This document shows positions 31,562-42,796 of a stretch of 64,000 nt of DNA, piece by piece. Position numbers and translations under genes: made by a program. The first letter of the stretch is position 1. Every line of letters begins with the position of its first letter. The stretch is from an uncultured candidatus Porisulfidus sp. (lineage in GTDB: Bacteria > Pseudomonadota > Gammaproteobacteria > Poriferisulfidales > Oxydemutatoraceae): NCBI GenBank assembly GCA_965215125.1, contig OZ244052.1, positions 576,001 to 640,000 of the forward strand. The letters are read 5' to 3'. The notes under the pieces are model-generated. The model made no database searches. It saw only the letters and a program-made list of their open reading frames with translations, and was not told where the DNA came from.

Positions 31562-34500
31562 GCCTAAAAATTCTATTTTCGGTTGGATTTTATTTGTTTC
31601 GACGGTGTTGTTCGCCATTGCTGCCCTACTCAGTGCTGCGGCGCGATGGTTTATACACGATATAGAGCAATATCGTGGAATGATTGTCTCGCAGATTTCC
31701 GATACATTCGGGTTAGACGCTTCTATAACCGAAATTGAGGGACGGGTGGATTTGATCAATCCGATTATTTACGCACGGCAAGTGGAACTCTCAAACCCCG
31801 AGGCTTCGACGCCGCCACTGATAGTTGAACAAATGGAAGTCGTGATAGATTTATTCGGCTCATTACTCAATGCCGAACCGCGTTTTCATTCGCTACGGAT
31901 GGCAGGTATAGAACTTGCAATATCCACCGATGTAGAAAATAAATTATTACGCCTGCCGCAGATTGACCGAGAATTCTCTATGCCCGAAAGACAATTTAAC
32001 CTCGGTGAACTGCTAAGCAAAGCCGTAGCGATTGACTACTTTGACATGGGCTTCCACGATGTACTGATACATTGGAATCATAAAGGTAGCGAAGACACCC
32101 GAAGCTTCAATATTGAACATTTTATACTCACCCCCCAATACTATAAAACGCAGCTGGCTTTGGTCGCAGAATTACCCGGAACATTGGGTACAAAGCTGAC
32201 TTTTATAGCCGAACTTGAACACGATATATTTAATCCGGGCGGTGATTTTTATATCAACACCGAAGATCTGAATTTAGCCACAATTTATCAACTGATCGGT
32301 GCACAATCTGCCCACCAAGGTCTGCTGAAAACCGAGTTATGGGGACGAGCATCGTATCGGCAAGGTTTGGAAAATTTAACCGGAACATTATCTCTAAAAG
32401 ACTATCTAAATCCTAAATTAAATCCTGCTTATGCAATATCGCATCTACAAACCGAATTGAATTGGCAAGCAAACGACGACGGCAGAGAACTAGGTTTTGC
32501 CGGCTTGTCATTACAAAGCGACGACGCGGCTTTAGAAAATGTCGACTTGGCAATCGTTCAAAACCGAAATGAAGCGGGTTATTTCAGTAATCTAAGATTT
32601 CAAGCGAATCATATCTCTCCCTCCATATACAATCGGCTTTTTTCTTATGCACAAACCGATTTTAGTATAGAACAAAACCGTATCCGAACTCCCGATGACA
32701 GACGAACCGTTGATTTGATACTGCACACTGCGCACTCCGACCGTTGGTTTGCATCGCCGCGTGTCTGGCCGCCGATACGATTATCGGAACCGCTAACATC
32801 GACCGACCTGCCACAACCGCTGAGCGGACAAATAGAATTGATGTTGGACGATGTTCGTCTTCATCGGCATCAATGGGTTTCGCCACAAAATTTAGAACGG
32901 ATAGAATTAAAAGGAAATTATAAGCACGACGACGAATACGCAGAATGGAATCTGAACGACCTCTATATCAAAGGTTCCGCCGATACCCGCATCGACGGAA
33001 ACCTTTTTTACAGGATAACCGGTGGCAAAGATAAACACCTGCGATCGTCGATGCATTTACACAATCTTAAGGCAACCGAAATCCCGCAGTGGATACCACC
33101 TCAAACGCTCAAACCCAGACTCGAAAACTGGCTACGCAACGCGGTGCGCGGTGGCACCGTCCAATACGCCGAACTCTCGGTGGACGGAAACCCGGATACT
33201 CCTTTCGGTGAGGATGCCGGTCTTTGGCGGCTACAAGCCCAAGCCGATGATGTCACTTTGCTGTATCGCAAACAAGACCCCGAAATTACGGAACTCGACC
33301 TAGATTTGCTACTGGAAAATAAAGTGCTGAAGATTCAAAGCGATAGTTTACGGATGATGAATTTTCATGCCAAAGATACAACCGTTCTGTTAGAAGACAT
33401 TGCCGTGCCTTATATCAAAATCGACACTCAAGGAAGAGGGCCGCTTGCCGATGTTTTGAGCTATGCAAAAACAACCGGATTGGTAGATCCCGAAAGTATC
33501 TTAATCTCAAATATAGAAACAGACGGCGATGTAGATATGAGCTTAAAGGTACATACGCGAATGGTCCCAACGCTAGTGCGCGAAACCTATGTGGGGGGTT
33601 ATATAGACTTGAACGGTGCGAATATGAAACTGAAGACTTTGGGCTTAGATTTCAACCAACTGGAAGGACGCTTGCATTTTGATAGACTAGGCGGACGCTC
33701 GGACAATATCAAGGCATCGTTGAACGACACCTATCCGCTGACTGCAACCGCCGAAGCCGACGCGGGTTCAACCTTGCTCAAAATGCAAACCCGCATCCCT
33801 TTTCCTACCGATTATCTAAAAATACGCTCGTTGCCCGAGAATACGCTCAATACCGCCGCCGATACTTGGTATGCGGAATTACTAATCCCGCCGTTGCGTG
33901 CCGATTCTAAAGGTGCGATGCGATTGAAATTGAACTCGGACTTGAAAGCCTTAGCGGTCAATATGCCCGACCCGATGTACAAACGCGCCGGTGAGGTTGT
34001 CGACTCGACATTCGTTGCCGAAATCACCGACACCGGCAGTAATTATCAATTTGACTACGGCGACCGCGTGCGTTTGGTCCTGCAAACTCCGAAAGCCGAA
34101 ACCGGCGACCGAACACCGACCGGTTTGTTGCATTTCTCCCCGGAAATTACCTATCCGTACGAGGTGAACGAAAATGCCCGTTTCACGGTACGCGGTGTGA
34201 TCCCGCATCTCTCTGTCAATGAATGGCTTGACTGGACGGAAGGCTATCAAGGTGGCGATGGCGGTTCCGAACTTTATGCACAAGATATAGATGTACTGAT
34301 AGACAAGCTGGTTTGGAATACCTCCACTGCCAATCAAGCACACTTGACAATCAGACAACAACAAGACAGAACGCTAGCAACGATAGACTCCGAAACAATC
34401 AAGGGCAATGCATCGATTCCTGCACAACAAAACCAACGCGTTTATATAGATTTGGAACATCTGATACTAGAGGGTAATGCTTTATCATCCGACACAAACA

Positions 34501-35435
34501 AACTGGATCCTACTACACTTCCCCCGACATCAATCAAGGTGGCTCGGTTCAAATCAACACGTTTTGATATTAAAGATGTCAAAATGTCACTATCACCCGA
34601 CACCGATGGGGTTCAAATAACCAAAATGAACTTCAACAAAAAGGATGGCGATAAAATTTTAATCCAAGCACAACTGCAGGGCGATTGGAAAAAGATAGGT
34701 GAACAAAACTATAGTAATTTCACTTTCCAATTAAACAGCGATGATTACGGACAGTTGTTGCGCGATTGGAATTTTTTTAGTGGACTACGAGGAGGACAAG
34801 GGCAAATCAACGGGCTTCTTAGTTGGAACCACAGCCCTATGGAATTTGAACTAGACCGACTGCAGGGTCCGGTTAAACTACAAATTAAAGACGGTTCTAT
34901 AGAAACCATAGAACCCGGAGTAGGCAGATTACTCGGCTTGTTGAATGTCAATGTACTCGCAAGACGCCTGTCGCTTGATTTCAAAGATGTCTTTGATAAA
35001 GGTTTTGAATTCGATAGGATGCAGGGCACGTTGGAATTTAACAAAGCCGATCTAATGACTCAGAACCTTGACATCAACGGTCCTGCCTTGAACATGAATA
35101 TTACCGGACGCACCGGCATCGCACAACGCGATTACGATCAAAAAATTGTAGTCACACCACACGTAGGCACCAATATTGCATTAGCAACCGCTTTCTTAGG
35201 CGGACCTTTGACGGCCGCCACCGTATTCCTGCTGGGAAAAGTCACCGAATTAGATAATTGGGTCGACAAAATCGTCACTTTGGAATACACGCTAAAAGGA
35301 ACTTGGGATAAGCCCGAAGTTGAATTTACCAGTGCCCCGATAGCAAAAAAATTAGACCCCATGAATACGCTCAAAACTCCAGGCAAACATATTAAAGGTA
35401 TCCTCGATAAGATATTCTCGCGTGAGGATAAGTAA
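31530..35435 (+). CDS. yhdP: AsmA-like/YhdP-family envelope bridge protein
   Basis: About 1300 aa, N-terminal TM, beta-rich, C-terminal GRLLGLL...[18 protein letters not shown]...[10 protein letters not shown]. Confidence 0.8.
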   Translation: MKSKVKPKRSKPKNSIFGWILFVSTVLFAIAALLSAAARWFIHDIEQYRGMIVSQISDTFGLDASITEIEGRVDLINPIIYARQVELSNPEASTPPLIVEQMEVVIDLFGSLLNAEPRFHSLRMAGIELAISTDVENKLLRLPQIDREFSMPERQFNLGELLSKAVAIDYFDMGFHDVLIHWNHKGSEDTRSFNIEHFILTPQYYKTQLALVAELPGTLGTKLTFIAELEHDIFNPGGDFYINTEDLNLATIYQLIGAQSAHQGLLKTELWGRASYRQGLENLTGTLSLKDYLNPKLNPAYAISHLQTELNWQANDDGRELGFAGLSLQSDDAALENVDLAIVQNRNEAGYFSNLRFQANHISPSIYNRLFSYAQTDFSIEQNRIRTPDDRRTVDLILHTAHSDRWFASPRVWPPIRLSEPLTSTDLPQPLSGQIELMLDDVRLHRHQWVSPQNLERIELKGNYKHDDEYAEWNLNDLYIKGSADTRIDGNLFYRITGGKDKHLRSSMHLHNLKATEIPQWIPPQTLKPRLENWLRNAVRGGTVQYAELSVDGNPDTPFGEDAGLWRLQAQADDVTLLYRKQDPEITELDLDLLLENKVLKIQSDSLRMMNFHAKDTTVLLEDIAVPYIKIDTQGRGPLADVLSYAKTTGLVDPESILISNIETDGDVDMSLKVHTRMVPTLVRETYVGGYIDLNGANMKLKTLGLDFNQLEGRLHFDRLGGRSDNIKASLNDTYPLTATAEADAGSTLLKMQTRIPFPTDYLKIRSLPENTLNTAADTWYAELLIPPLRADSKGAMRLKLNSDLKALAVNMPDPMYKRAGEVVDSTFVAEITDTGSNYQFDYGDRVRLVLQTPKAETGDRTPTGLLHFSPEITYPYEVNENARFTVRGVIPHLSVNEWLDWTEGYQGGDGGSELYAQDIDVLIDKLVWNTSTANQAHLTIRQQQDRTLATIDSETIKGNASIPAQQNQRVYIDLEHLILEGNALSSDTNKLDPTTLPPTSIKVARFKSTRFDIKDVKMSLSPDTDGVQITKMNFNKKDGDKILIQAQLQGDWKKIGEQNYSNFTFQLNSDDYGQLLRDWNFFSGLRGGQGQINGLLSWNHSPMEFELDRLQGPVKLQIKDGSIETIEPGVGRLLGLLNVNVLARRLSLDFKDVFDKGFEFDRMQGTLEFNKADLMTQNLDINGPALNMNITGRTGIAQRDYDQKIVVTPHVGTNIALATAFLGGPLTAATVFLLGKVTELDNWVDKIVTLEYTLKGTWDKPEVEFTSAPIAKKLDPMNTLKTPGKHIKGILDKIFSREDK

Positions 35436-35528
35436 AATCATCCGAAAATGCCGTCCTTACAGAACTAAGGTGTTTACCGCAAACCACCCCATGGAAAGGC
35501 TTTACATTTTGTAATATGTACTAAGATC

Positions 35529-35607
35529 TGCACAATGTTATGCCGATTAACCTACTGGCTTAATCGGCGATTCTATTACGCTTGCCACCCCTCCACAGGA
35601 GGGGAAT
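35529..35607 (+). repeat. Composite hairpin repeat (module A, half of B, module C)
   Basis: GCCGATTAA-CCTACTGGC-TTAATCGGC, then TACGCTTGCCACCCCTCCACAGGAGGGGAAT. Confidence 0.8.
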
Positions 35608-35633
35608 GGCTTTCCCTACAGTAAGCGATGGTT

Positions 35634-37070
35634 CTACTTGGAGTCGGGGTCCATTTTATTCATTAAATTCTTAATTGTTTTTGCGTTCCGTAAAATAGTA
35701 TCTACCTCCGGTTGCGACTCGGATGCATCGGGAATATCGGAAAAAGAATCTGCGGGAGTATCATCGTTTCGGCTGTCTATCGCTTTGAACTTAGGCGAAT
35801 GACCGTAGTCATACGATCTAGGTTCTTTCTCGGCAACTAAAACAACCGCTTGTCCGGGATAAAACAACGCTTTTAAGTTAAGTTCCTTAAACAGCGACGA
35901 CAAAGCGTTTCGCCTACTGCTTTCCGCATGAGAAACCAATTTTTGCTTCAATACGGCATCGGATACCTCGTAGTGCACGACCCAACCTTCGGGAATAAGT
36001 ATCTCTATCAGTTCTTTCACCGCTATGGAACTATAATGCACAATAACAGCCTCATCCAACGAACCCACACCTTCCTTCGCTTTGATAACCGATTGCACCG
36101 ACCATAGATCGCGAACGACATCGTGTTCCTCGATGGTTGTCCGCTTATCTAGTTTCGATAAATCCGTATAGGGCGATGTGCTATGTCCCGGTATGTATTG
36201 AACACGGTGTATATTCGGTATCTTATCAAACGAGTCTGCATCATCCGAAGATAACATCTTTGCCGGATGATAAGATCCGATATTTCCTCGAGTATATTTA
36301 TTACCGAGTCCATCCGGTATCTCATAGTATAAGTCCGTGTTATCCGGAACGGGTATCTCGGCCTTTTCAAAATGCACAAAGTCGGCAACCGATTCATTAT
36401 GTATGACCGTATTTTCGGAAACATCATTGTCGACTATATTCGTATCCGACACCGATTGTTCTACAGGCAAGTCGGGGTATTCTTGTTGAAAATGATCTCG
36501 TCTCGTTTGTGCAGACACAGAGTCATCGGCAGGATAGTGGTTTGCTCTCGTTAGCGGTGCACGCGATATAGACTTTGGGGAATGCAGTCCAAGTGTGCCA
36601 TCGCCGTTGAAACCGTCTGCCGTTTGCCAAGGCACATAAGCGTGTAGCTGGATGACCAGCTTGCGATTCACCGAATCCACTAACAGCTGCCACGCCTCGC
36701 CCGCCAAAGTCGCTATCGCATCTTTGAGCGTCATTAGGTTAAGCCTTCTATGCACCGCCGGTATATCTAATCCTGAGAAAATGTTATACGCCTCGGCACT
36801 TTGCCGCCAATCTACACGATAACCCGAGCGTTGTAGCGCGTGATCAATCGCCTCTTGCACCGTTTTGACAGCGGAAGGAAAATTAATTTGCGTCAACACC
36901 AAAAGTGGGTTAACTTCTTCCAGCGCGGCATTTGTTTTATAACCGGTGTAGCGATCTACTTGCAATCTGCGATCGTGTGAACTTTGGCCGATAAAATATG
37001 TCTCGGCTACTACTATGGTGGCAGCCCAGATATTAATCAATAAAAGTAATAGACTTCCGATTATTTTCAT
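35634..37070 (-). CDS. Secreted protein with an ICE PilL-like domain, acidic linker and second STN/TcpQ-like domain
   Basis: Signal peptide; RYT...TVQEAIDHALQRSGYR...LDIPAVHRRLNLMTLKDAIATLAGEAWQLLVD resembles PFGI-1-class PilL; RBS AGGAG. Confidence 0.6.
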   Translation of the reverse strand: MKIIGSLLLLLINIWAATIVVAETYFIGQSSHDRRLQVDRYTGYKTNAALEEVNPLLVLTQINFPSAVKTVQEAIDHALQRSGYRVDWRQSAEAYNIFSGLDIPAVHRRLNLMTLKDAIATLAGEAWQLLVDSVNRKLVIQLHAYVPWQTADGFNGDGTLGLHSPKSISRAPLTRANHYPADDSVSAQTRRDHFQQEYPDLPVEQSVSDTNIVDNDVSENTVIHNESVADFVHFEKAEIPVPDNTDLYYEIPDGLGNKYTRGNIGSYHPAKMLSSDDADSFDKIPNIHRVQYIPGHSTSPYTDLSKLDKRTTIEEHDVVRDLWSVQSVIKAKEGVGSLDEAVIVHYSSIAVKELIEILIPEGWVVHYEVSDAVLKQKLVSHAESSRRNALSSLFKELNLKALFYPGQAVVLVAEKEPRSYDYGHSPKFKAIDSRNDDTPADSFSDIPDASESQPEVDTILRNAKTIKNLMNKMDPDSK

Positions 37071-37238
37071 ATCAAAAACTCCTGTGTGTTTATCTCTGCA
37101 TAACAAGCTGGTTTTATAGCTTGTTTCCCATAGCATACCGATTTTTAGGCATACCGTCCGGCTTTCCGACGAACGAACACGATAATCCGACAAACGGTTA
37201 ATGGTGTTAGAATATCGGCTTCATTAAGCTACTCTCTC

Positions 37239-38189
37239 GTGATGGATAAACTCAAATGTGCGGTCATAGGAACAGGTTATTTCGGCAAGTTTCATGCGCA
37301 AAAATATGCAACACTGGACGATTGCCAACTGATTGCCGTAGCCGATAAGAACCCGACATCGTGCGCAGTTTGTGCATCCGAAGTGAACGCACAAAGCTGT
37401 TCCGATTATCGTACATTGATCGGAACCATAGACGCGGCAAGCATCGTCACTCCGACGGCTACGCATTATGCAATCGCACGCGAGCTGTTGAATAACGGCA
37501 TCCATGTGTTGCTGGAAAAACCGATGACGACCTCGCTTGAAGAAGCCGACCGGCTAATTGAAACCGCTCGTCAAAACGATGCAGTCTTGCAAATCGGACA
37601 CATAGAACGTTTCAACCCGGCACTTACTCGTATTAAACATACGATTAACAAACCCGAGTTTATAGAGGTGCTAAGGCTTAGTGGATATCAAAACCGCAAT
37701 ACCGAAATAGGCGTAGTATTTGATTTGATGATACACGACCTCGATATAGTATTGAGTCTGGTCGGTTCGGAAGTGGAGTCTATACACGCTAAGGGCGTGC
37801 AGGTATGGAGCGAAGAGGTTGATATCATAAATGCTCGTTTGATATTCGCAAACGGATGTGTAGTGAACATCACCGAGAGCCGCATCAGCCTCAAATCCGA
37901 GCGTAAAATCAGAATATTCAGCAGGGATGACGGGTATCATTCCATAGATTTACAAAACGGCACGAGCGAGCACTATCGGATTAAGGACCGCAACCGTCGA
38001 GACTTCAGCCGACAAAGCTATCCGAGTATCGCAAATGCCGACCCGTTGCGCGACGAGATCAAACACTTCGTAAGTTGCATCAAAAACAAAACACCTCCTA
38101 AAGTCGGAGGTTCGGAAGGACGCAGTGCATTGGTGCTCGCCCAACGAGTGCACGATTCCTTATTCGGTAACGGAGCAATCAATCTATAA
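37239..38189 (+). CDS. Gfo/Idh/MocA oxidoreductase (GnnA/WbpB-like UDP-GlcNAc 3-dehydrogenase)
   Basis: VIGTGYFG, LLEKP, GHIERFNPA, DLMIHDLD. Confidence 0.85.
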   Translation: MMDKLKCAVIGTGYFGKFHAQKYATLDDCQLIAVADKNPTSCAVCASEVNAQSCSDYRTLIGTIDAASIVTPTATHYAIARELLNNGIHVLLEKPMTTSLEEADRLIETARQNDAVLQIGHIERFNPALTRIKHTINKPEFIEVLRLSGYQNRNTEIGVVFDLMIHDLDIVLSLVGSEVESIHAKGVQVWSEEVDIINARLIFANGCVVNITESRISLKSERKIRIFSRDDGYHSIDLQNGTSEHYRIKDRNRRDFSRQSYPSIANADPLRDEIKHFVSCIKNKTPPKVGGSEGRSALVLAQRVHDSLFGNGAINL

Positions 38190-38243
38190 TCAACTTATGA
38201 ATACCATGCGAAGTATGTCCGAGATCGGAAAGAGGAAAGCAAG

Positions 38244-39347
38244 ATGATACCGACTAGTAAGCCACGCCTCCAACACCAACGCCTGAAAACCGAATTGGAG
38301 CGAGCGGTCATCGATGTCATGCGAAGCGGGAACTACATATTAGGGCAGCAAGTAGAAGCATTCGAATCCGAGGTTGCTAACTTTCTGAATGTTCGGCACG
38401 CGGTATCTTGTGCCTCCGGCACCGATGCCTTATTACTGAGTATGAAAGCACTCGGTATAAAAGCAGGCGACGAGGTCATCACACCTACATTCAATTTTGT
38501 ATCGGTAGCCGAGGTTGCTTGTTATTTAGGTGCGACTCCGGTACTGGTTGATATTTCGCCTTATAGCTTCAACATAGACCCCGAGAGTATAAAAGCGCAC
38601 CTTAGCGAGAAAACTCGGGCAATCGTTGCGGTGCATCTATACGGCCAAACCGCAGATATAGAGTCGCTTATACAAATTGCCGAACAGCACAATCTGCTGT
38701 TAATAGAAGACTGTGCACAAGCCTTCGGTGCAAAATACGACGACGACTATGTCGGCACACTGTCCGAGGCCGGCTGCCACAGTTTTTATCCGACTAAAAA
38801 TCTAAGTGCATACGGGGACGGCGGATTGATTAGCACGAATAATACCGATTTGGTGGCACATTTACGGGCGTTGCGTAATCATGGTTCGTACACCCGCTAT
38901 CAACACGACGAAATCGGTTATAACAGTCGTTTGGACGAGATACAAGCGGCAGCACTACGCATCAAGCTAAAATACATAGAAGATTTTAATAACCAAAGAA
39001 CGGCAATCGCAACACAGTACGACACCCTACTGAAAGATTTTGTTACAATCCCGGCGCGCGATCCGCACGGCATCCATGTATTTCATCAATACACGATTTT
39101 GAGTCCTCAACGAGACCATATTAAACAAGCACTGCTCGATAACGACATCGTAGCCGACATCTACTATCCGCATCTACTCAGTGAGCAACTCGCACTCGCC
39201 GAGCGTTGTAAAACGCCGCCTTGCCCGAATGCCGAAACGGTAGCCAAACAATGTTTATCGCTGCCTATTTATCCGGGGTTGGATTCGGATACAATAGAAC
39301 ATATCGCTTCTATTATTATTGAAACCGCACAGCAAACCGATGATTAA
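38244..39347 (+). CDS. DegT/DnrJ/EryC1/StrS aminotransferase (GnnB/WbpE-like)
   Basis: ASGTDAL, VHLYGQ, IEDCAQ, SFYPTKNL, NSRLDEIQAA. Confidence 0.92.
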   Translation: MIPTSKPRLQHQRLKTELERAVIDVMRSGNYILGQQVEAFESEVANFLNVRHAVSCASGTDALLLSMKALGIKAGDEVITPTFNFVSVAEVACYLGATPVLVDISPYSFNIDPESIKAHLSEKTRAIVAVHLYGQTADIESLIQIAEQHNLLLIEDCAQAFGAKYDDDYVGTLSEAGCHSFYPTKNLSAYGDGGLISTNNTDLVAHLRALRNHGSYTRYQHDEIGYNSRLDEIQAAALRIKLKYIEDFNNQRTAIATQYDTLLKDFVTIPARDPHGIHVFHQYTILSPQRDHIKQALLDNDIVADIYYPHLLSEQLALAERCKTPPCPNAETVAKQCLSLPIYPGLDSDTIEHIASIIIETAQQTDD

Positions 39348-39364
39348 CCCTACGAGGTTTAACT

Positions 39365-39703
39365 ATGGCAACTTTGTTCACCAAAATTATTAATCGCGAA
39401 ATACCCGCCGACATCGTCTACGAAGACGAACAGTGCTTGGCATTCCGAGATATAGATCCCAAAGCACCGACCCATATCCTAATCATTCCCAAGAAGGAAA
39501 TTCCTAAAATATCCGAAGCGACGGCGGCGGATCAAAAATTACTCGGACACCTGCTCCTAAAAGCCGGCGATATAGCCCGCAACGAAGGTGTCTCCGACAA
39601 TTTCAGGCTTGTCGTCAACAACGGCGAAAGTGCCGGTCAAACCGTCTTTCATCTACACATACACCTAATGGCGGGCAGAGCCTTTAATTGGCCTCCGGGT
39701 TGA
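39365..39703 (+). CDS. hinT: Histidine triad nucleotide-binding protein, copy 1
   Basis: AFRDIDPKAPTHILIIPK...GQTVFHLHIHL. Confidence 0.93.
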   Translation: MATLFTKIINREIPADIVYEDEQCLAFRDIDPKAPTHILIIPKKEIPKISEATAADQKLLGHLLLKAGDIARNEGVSDNFRLVVNNGESAGQTVFHLHIHLMAGRAFNWPPG

Positions 39704-39810
39704 TTATCAAATAATCTCTTACAAATTACATATAAATAAGTTTGCTTCTCAAAGAAATATCGGCAAATACAAAATTTGCATAAAGACGGGATATTAGAAC
39801 ACACGGGTAA

Positions 39811-40950
39811 TTGCTTATAATGAATAAAAAATATCTGATGACACAACCTGAGTATCTAGAGGGTAAAGAAAGGGATAAAATAGAAGGATTAGACGGCAAG
39901 ATCAGGGATGTGAGTTCTCTCTGGGGCAAAGCACTGACATTAAAAAGAATACCGGTCATCCCCAATCAACCTCCAAACACCATGACACATAATTTGGGAA
40001 AATCACTGGACAATTTTACATGGTTAAGATATTTAGATCTAGATAAAACAGAAGCCTATAAGTTAAGAAAAGATGGAACCATAAAAAAGGAAAAGTCTCG
40101 GTTAAATTATGTTTTAAGGTCTGATTTTAATATAGAGTCTTATCCACAAAATCAAACACACACGGTTGATTTAGACAAACTCTACGATAGAGATAACGAA
40201 AAATATAAAGTGTTGCGTGTAGCACCTTCTATAGGATTCCCCACACCACCCTATTACATAAGATTTATCGCTTCACAAGCTGTGAACGATTTAACCGATA
40301 GTGTCCTCGCCCGTTTCGGCACCGGCAGATCTACTATGCAGGATGCTCAAGAATTGCTTTATAATCGTTGCTCTACGGTAAACTTGTTCGAGAAAATTAA
40401 GCATGAAAAATTCTTTTATTCGTGTCTGCATATACGCGCCAACGATATGCTTTTCTTTGAGCCTCGTTTTTTTCACGCTGCCTTAGCTAGTAATATCAAA
40501 AGACTAGTACACCGGGCGTGTCCACACGGCACGAAGCTCTACATTATGTCGGACATACATGATGCCGAGTATTTCGATTTTCTGAGAAATAGATACGATG
40601 TTTATACATATCGCGATTTCCCTGAACTTAAGTGCTTAATCGACAACGCAAGTCATGCCGCAGATAATCACCTACTATACGCAGTTGAAAAAAATATCAT
40701 GGATCATGCTTTGGTGAAGTTAGTGGCTCACCGAAGAAGCCTTTATCATTTCCAATCGGATTTTATATATAGTGTTCCTCGAACTATCCGGTATATTTAT
40801 GAGTATATAAAACGACATAGCAAGGGCGATACCATGAAAGCCTACACTATGATGGCAAACCATACGAGCATAAAAATGATGTTGCTTTCGATCCCATACA
40901 AGGGGCTAATGAAAAAAATATGGCATAAGTTTGCGACGAAGCCGGTGTAA
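39811..40950 (+). CDS. Putative O-fucosyltransferase-like (GT-B) protein, copy 1
   Basis: ALTLKRIPVIP; CLHIRAND and LYIMSD resemble fucosyltransferase motifs HxRxxD and (Y/F)xxTD; AT-rich. Confidence 0.55.
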   Translation: MLIMNKKYLMTQPEYLEGKERDKIEGLDGKIRDVSSLWGKALTLKRIPVIPNQPPNTMTHNLGKSLDNFTWLRYLDLDKTEAYKLRKDGTIKKEKSRLNYVLRSDFNIESYPQNQTHTVDLDKLYDRDNEKYKVLRVAPSIGFPTPPYYIRFIASQAVNDLTDSVLARFGTGRSTMQDAQELLYNRCSTVNLFEKIKHEKFFYSCLHIRANDMLFFEPRFFHAALASNIKRLVHRACPHGTKLYIMSDIHDAEYFDFLRNRYDVYTYRDFPELKCLIDNASHAADNHLLYAVEKNIMDHALVKLVAHRRSLYHFQSDFIYSVPRTIRYIYEYIKRHSKGDTMKAYTMMANHTSIKMMLLSIPYKGLMKKIWHKFATKPV

Positions 40951-40988
40951 ATTCCAGTGGCGGGGTTTAGAGAGTATGTGACTTCTCC

Positions 40989-41196
40989 TAACGACATCGT
41001 AGCCGACATCTACTATCCGCATCTACTCAGTGAGCAACTCGCACTCGCCGAGCGTTGTAAAACGCCGCCTTGCCCGAATGCCGAAACGGTAGCCAAACAA
41101 TGTTTATCGCTGCCTATTTACCCGAGGTTGGATTCGGATACAATAGAACATATCGCTTCTGTTATCATTGAAACCGCACGGCAAACCGATGATTAA
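40989..41196 (+). pseudogene. Duplicated 3' fragment of the aminotransferase
   Basis: NDIVADIYYPHLLSEQ...ETARQTDD, near-identical to the end of 38244..39347. Confidence 0.9.
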
Positions 41197-41213
41197 CCCT
41201 ACGAGGTTTAACT

Positions 41214-41552
41214 ATGGCAACTTTGTTCACCAAAATTATTAATCGCGAAATACCCGCCGACATCGTCTACGAAGACGAACAGTGCTTGGCATTCCGAGAT
41301 ATAGACCCCAAAGCACCGACCCATATCCTAATCATTCCCAAAAAGGAAATTCCTAAAATATCCGAAGCAACGGCGGCGGATCAAAAATTACTCGGACACC
41401 TGCTCCTAAAAGCCGGCGATATAGCCCACAGCGAAGGTGTCTCCGACAATTTCAGGCTTGTCGTCAACAACGGCGAAAGTGCCGGCCAAACCGTCTTTCA
41501 TCTACACATACACCTAATGGCAGGCAGAGCCTTTAATTGGCCTCCGGGTTGA
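41214..41552 (+). CDS. hinT: Histidine triad nucleotide-binding protein, copy 2
   Basis: Differs from copy 1 only by RN to HS. Confidence 0.93.
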   Translation: MATLFTKIINREIPADIVYEDEQCLAFRDIDPKAPTHILIIPKKEIPKISEATAADQKLLGHLLLKAGDIAHSEGVSDNFRLVVNNGESAGQTVFHLHIHLMAGRAFNWPPG

Positions 41553-41659
41553 TTATCAAATAATCCCTTACAAATTACATATAAATAAGTTTGCTTCTCA
41601 AAGAAATATCGACAAATACAAAATTTGCATAAAGGCGGGACATTAGAACATATGAGTGA

Positions 41660-42796
41660 TTGCTTATGATGGATAAAAAATATCTGACGACACAACCTAA
41701 TTATCCAAAAGGTAAAGAAAGAGATAAAATAGAAGGACTAGACGGCCAGATCAGGAATTTGAGTTCTCTCTGGGGCAAAGCACTGACATTAAAAAGAATA
41801 CCGCTCATCACCAATCATCCTCCAAACACCATGACACATAATTTGGGAAAATCACTGGACAATTTTACATGGTTAAGATATTTAGATCTAGATAAAACAG
41901 AAGCCTATAAGTTAAGAAAAGATGGAACCATAAAAAAGGAAAAGTCTCGGTTAAATTATGTTTTAAGGTCTGATTTTAATATAGAGTCTTATCCACAAAA
42001 TCAAATACACACGGTTGATTTAGACAAACTCTACGATAGAGATAACGAAAAATATAAAGTGTTACAGCTACCTTCTATAGGATTCCCAACACCACCCTAC
42101 TATATAAGATTTATCGCTTCACAAGCTGTGAACGATTTAACCGATAGTGTCCTCGCCCGTTTCGGCACCGGCAGATCTACTATGCAGGATGCTCAAGAAT
42201 TGCTTTATAATCGTTGCTCCACGGTAAACTTGTTTGAGAAAATTAAGCATGAAAAATTCTTTTATTCGTGTCTGCATATACGTGCCAACGATGCGCTTTT
42301 CTCTAATTATCGTTTTTTTCATGCTGCCTTAGCTAGTAATATCAAAAGACTAGTGCACCGGGCATGTCCACACGGCACGAAGCTCTACATTATGTCGGAC
42401 ATACATGATGCCGAGTATTTCGATTTTCTGAGAAATAGATACGATGTTTATACATATCGCGATTTCCCTGAACTTAAGTGCTTAATCGACAACGCAAGTC
42501 ATACCGCAGATAATCACCTACTATACGCAGTTGAAAAAAATATCATGGATCATGCTTTGGTGAAGTTAGTGGCTCACCGAAGAAGCCTTTATCATTTCCA
42601 ATCGGATTTCATATATAGTACTCCGCGAACTATCCGGTATATTTATGAGTATATAAAACGACATAGCAAGGGCGATACCATGAAAGCCTACACTATGATG
42701 GCAAACCATACGAGCATAAAAATGATGTTGCTTTCGATCCCATACAAGGGGCTAATGAAAAAAATATGGCATAAGTTTGCGACGAAGCCGGTGTAA
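41660..42796 (+). CDS. Putative O-fucosyltransferase-like protein, copy 2
   Basis: Paralog of 39811..40950 with clustered substitutions. Confidence 0.55.
   Translation: MLMMDKKYLTTQPNYPKGKERDKIEGLDGQIRNLSSLWGKALTLKRIPLITNHPPNTMTHNLGKSLDNFTWLRYLDLDKTEAYKLRKDGTIKKEKSRLNYVLRSDFNIESYPQNQIHTVDLDKLYDRDNEKYKVLQLPSIGFPTPPYYIRFIASQAVNDLTDSVLARFGTGRSTMQDAQELLYNRCSTVNLFEKIKHEKFFYSCLHIRANDALFSNYRFFHAALASNIKRLVHRACPHGTKLYIMSDIHDAEYFDFLRNRYDVYTYRDFPELKCLIDNASHTADNHLLYAVEKNIMDHALVKLVAHRRSLYHFQSDFIYSTPRTIRYIYEYIKRHSKGDTMKAYTMMANHTSIKMMLLSIPYKGLMKKIWHKFATKPV

Noticed and set aside
39811-42796. Diversity-generating retroelement TR/VR pair
   Set aside because: No reverse transcriptase in the window; differences are not adenine-restricted; the duplication spans whole genes.
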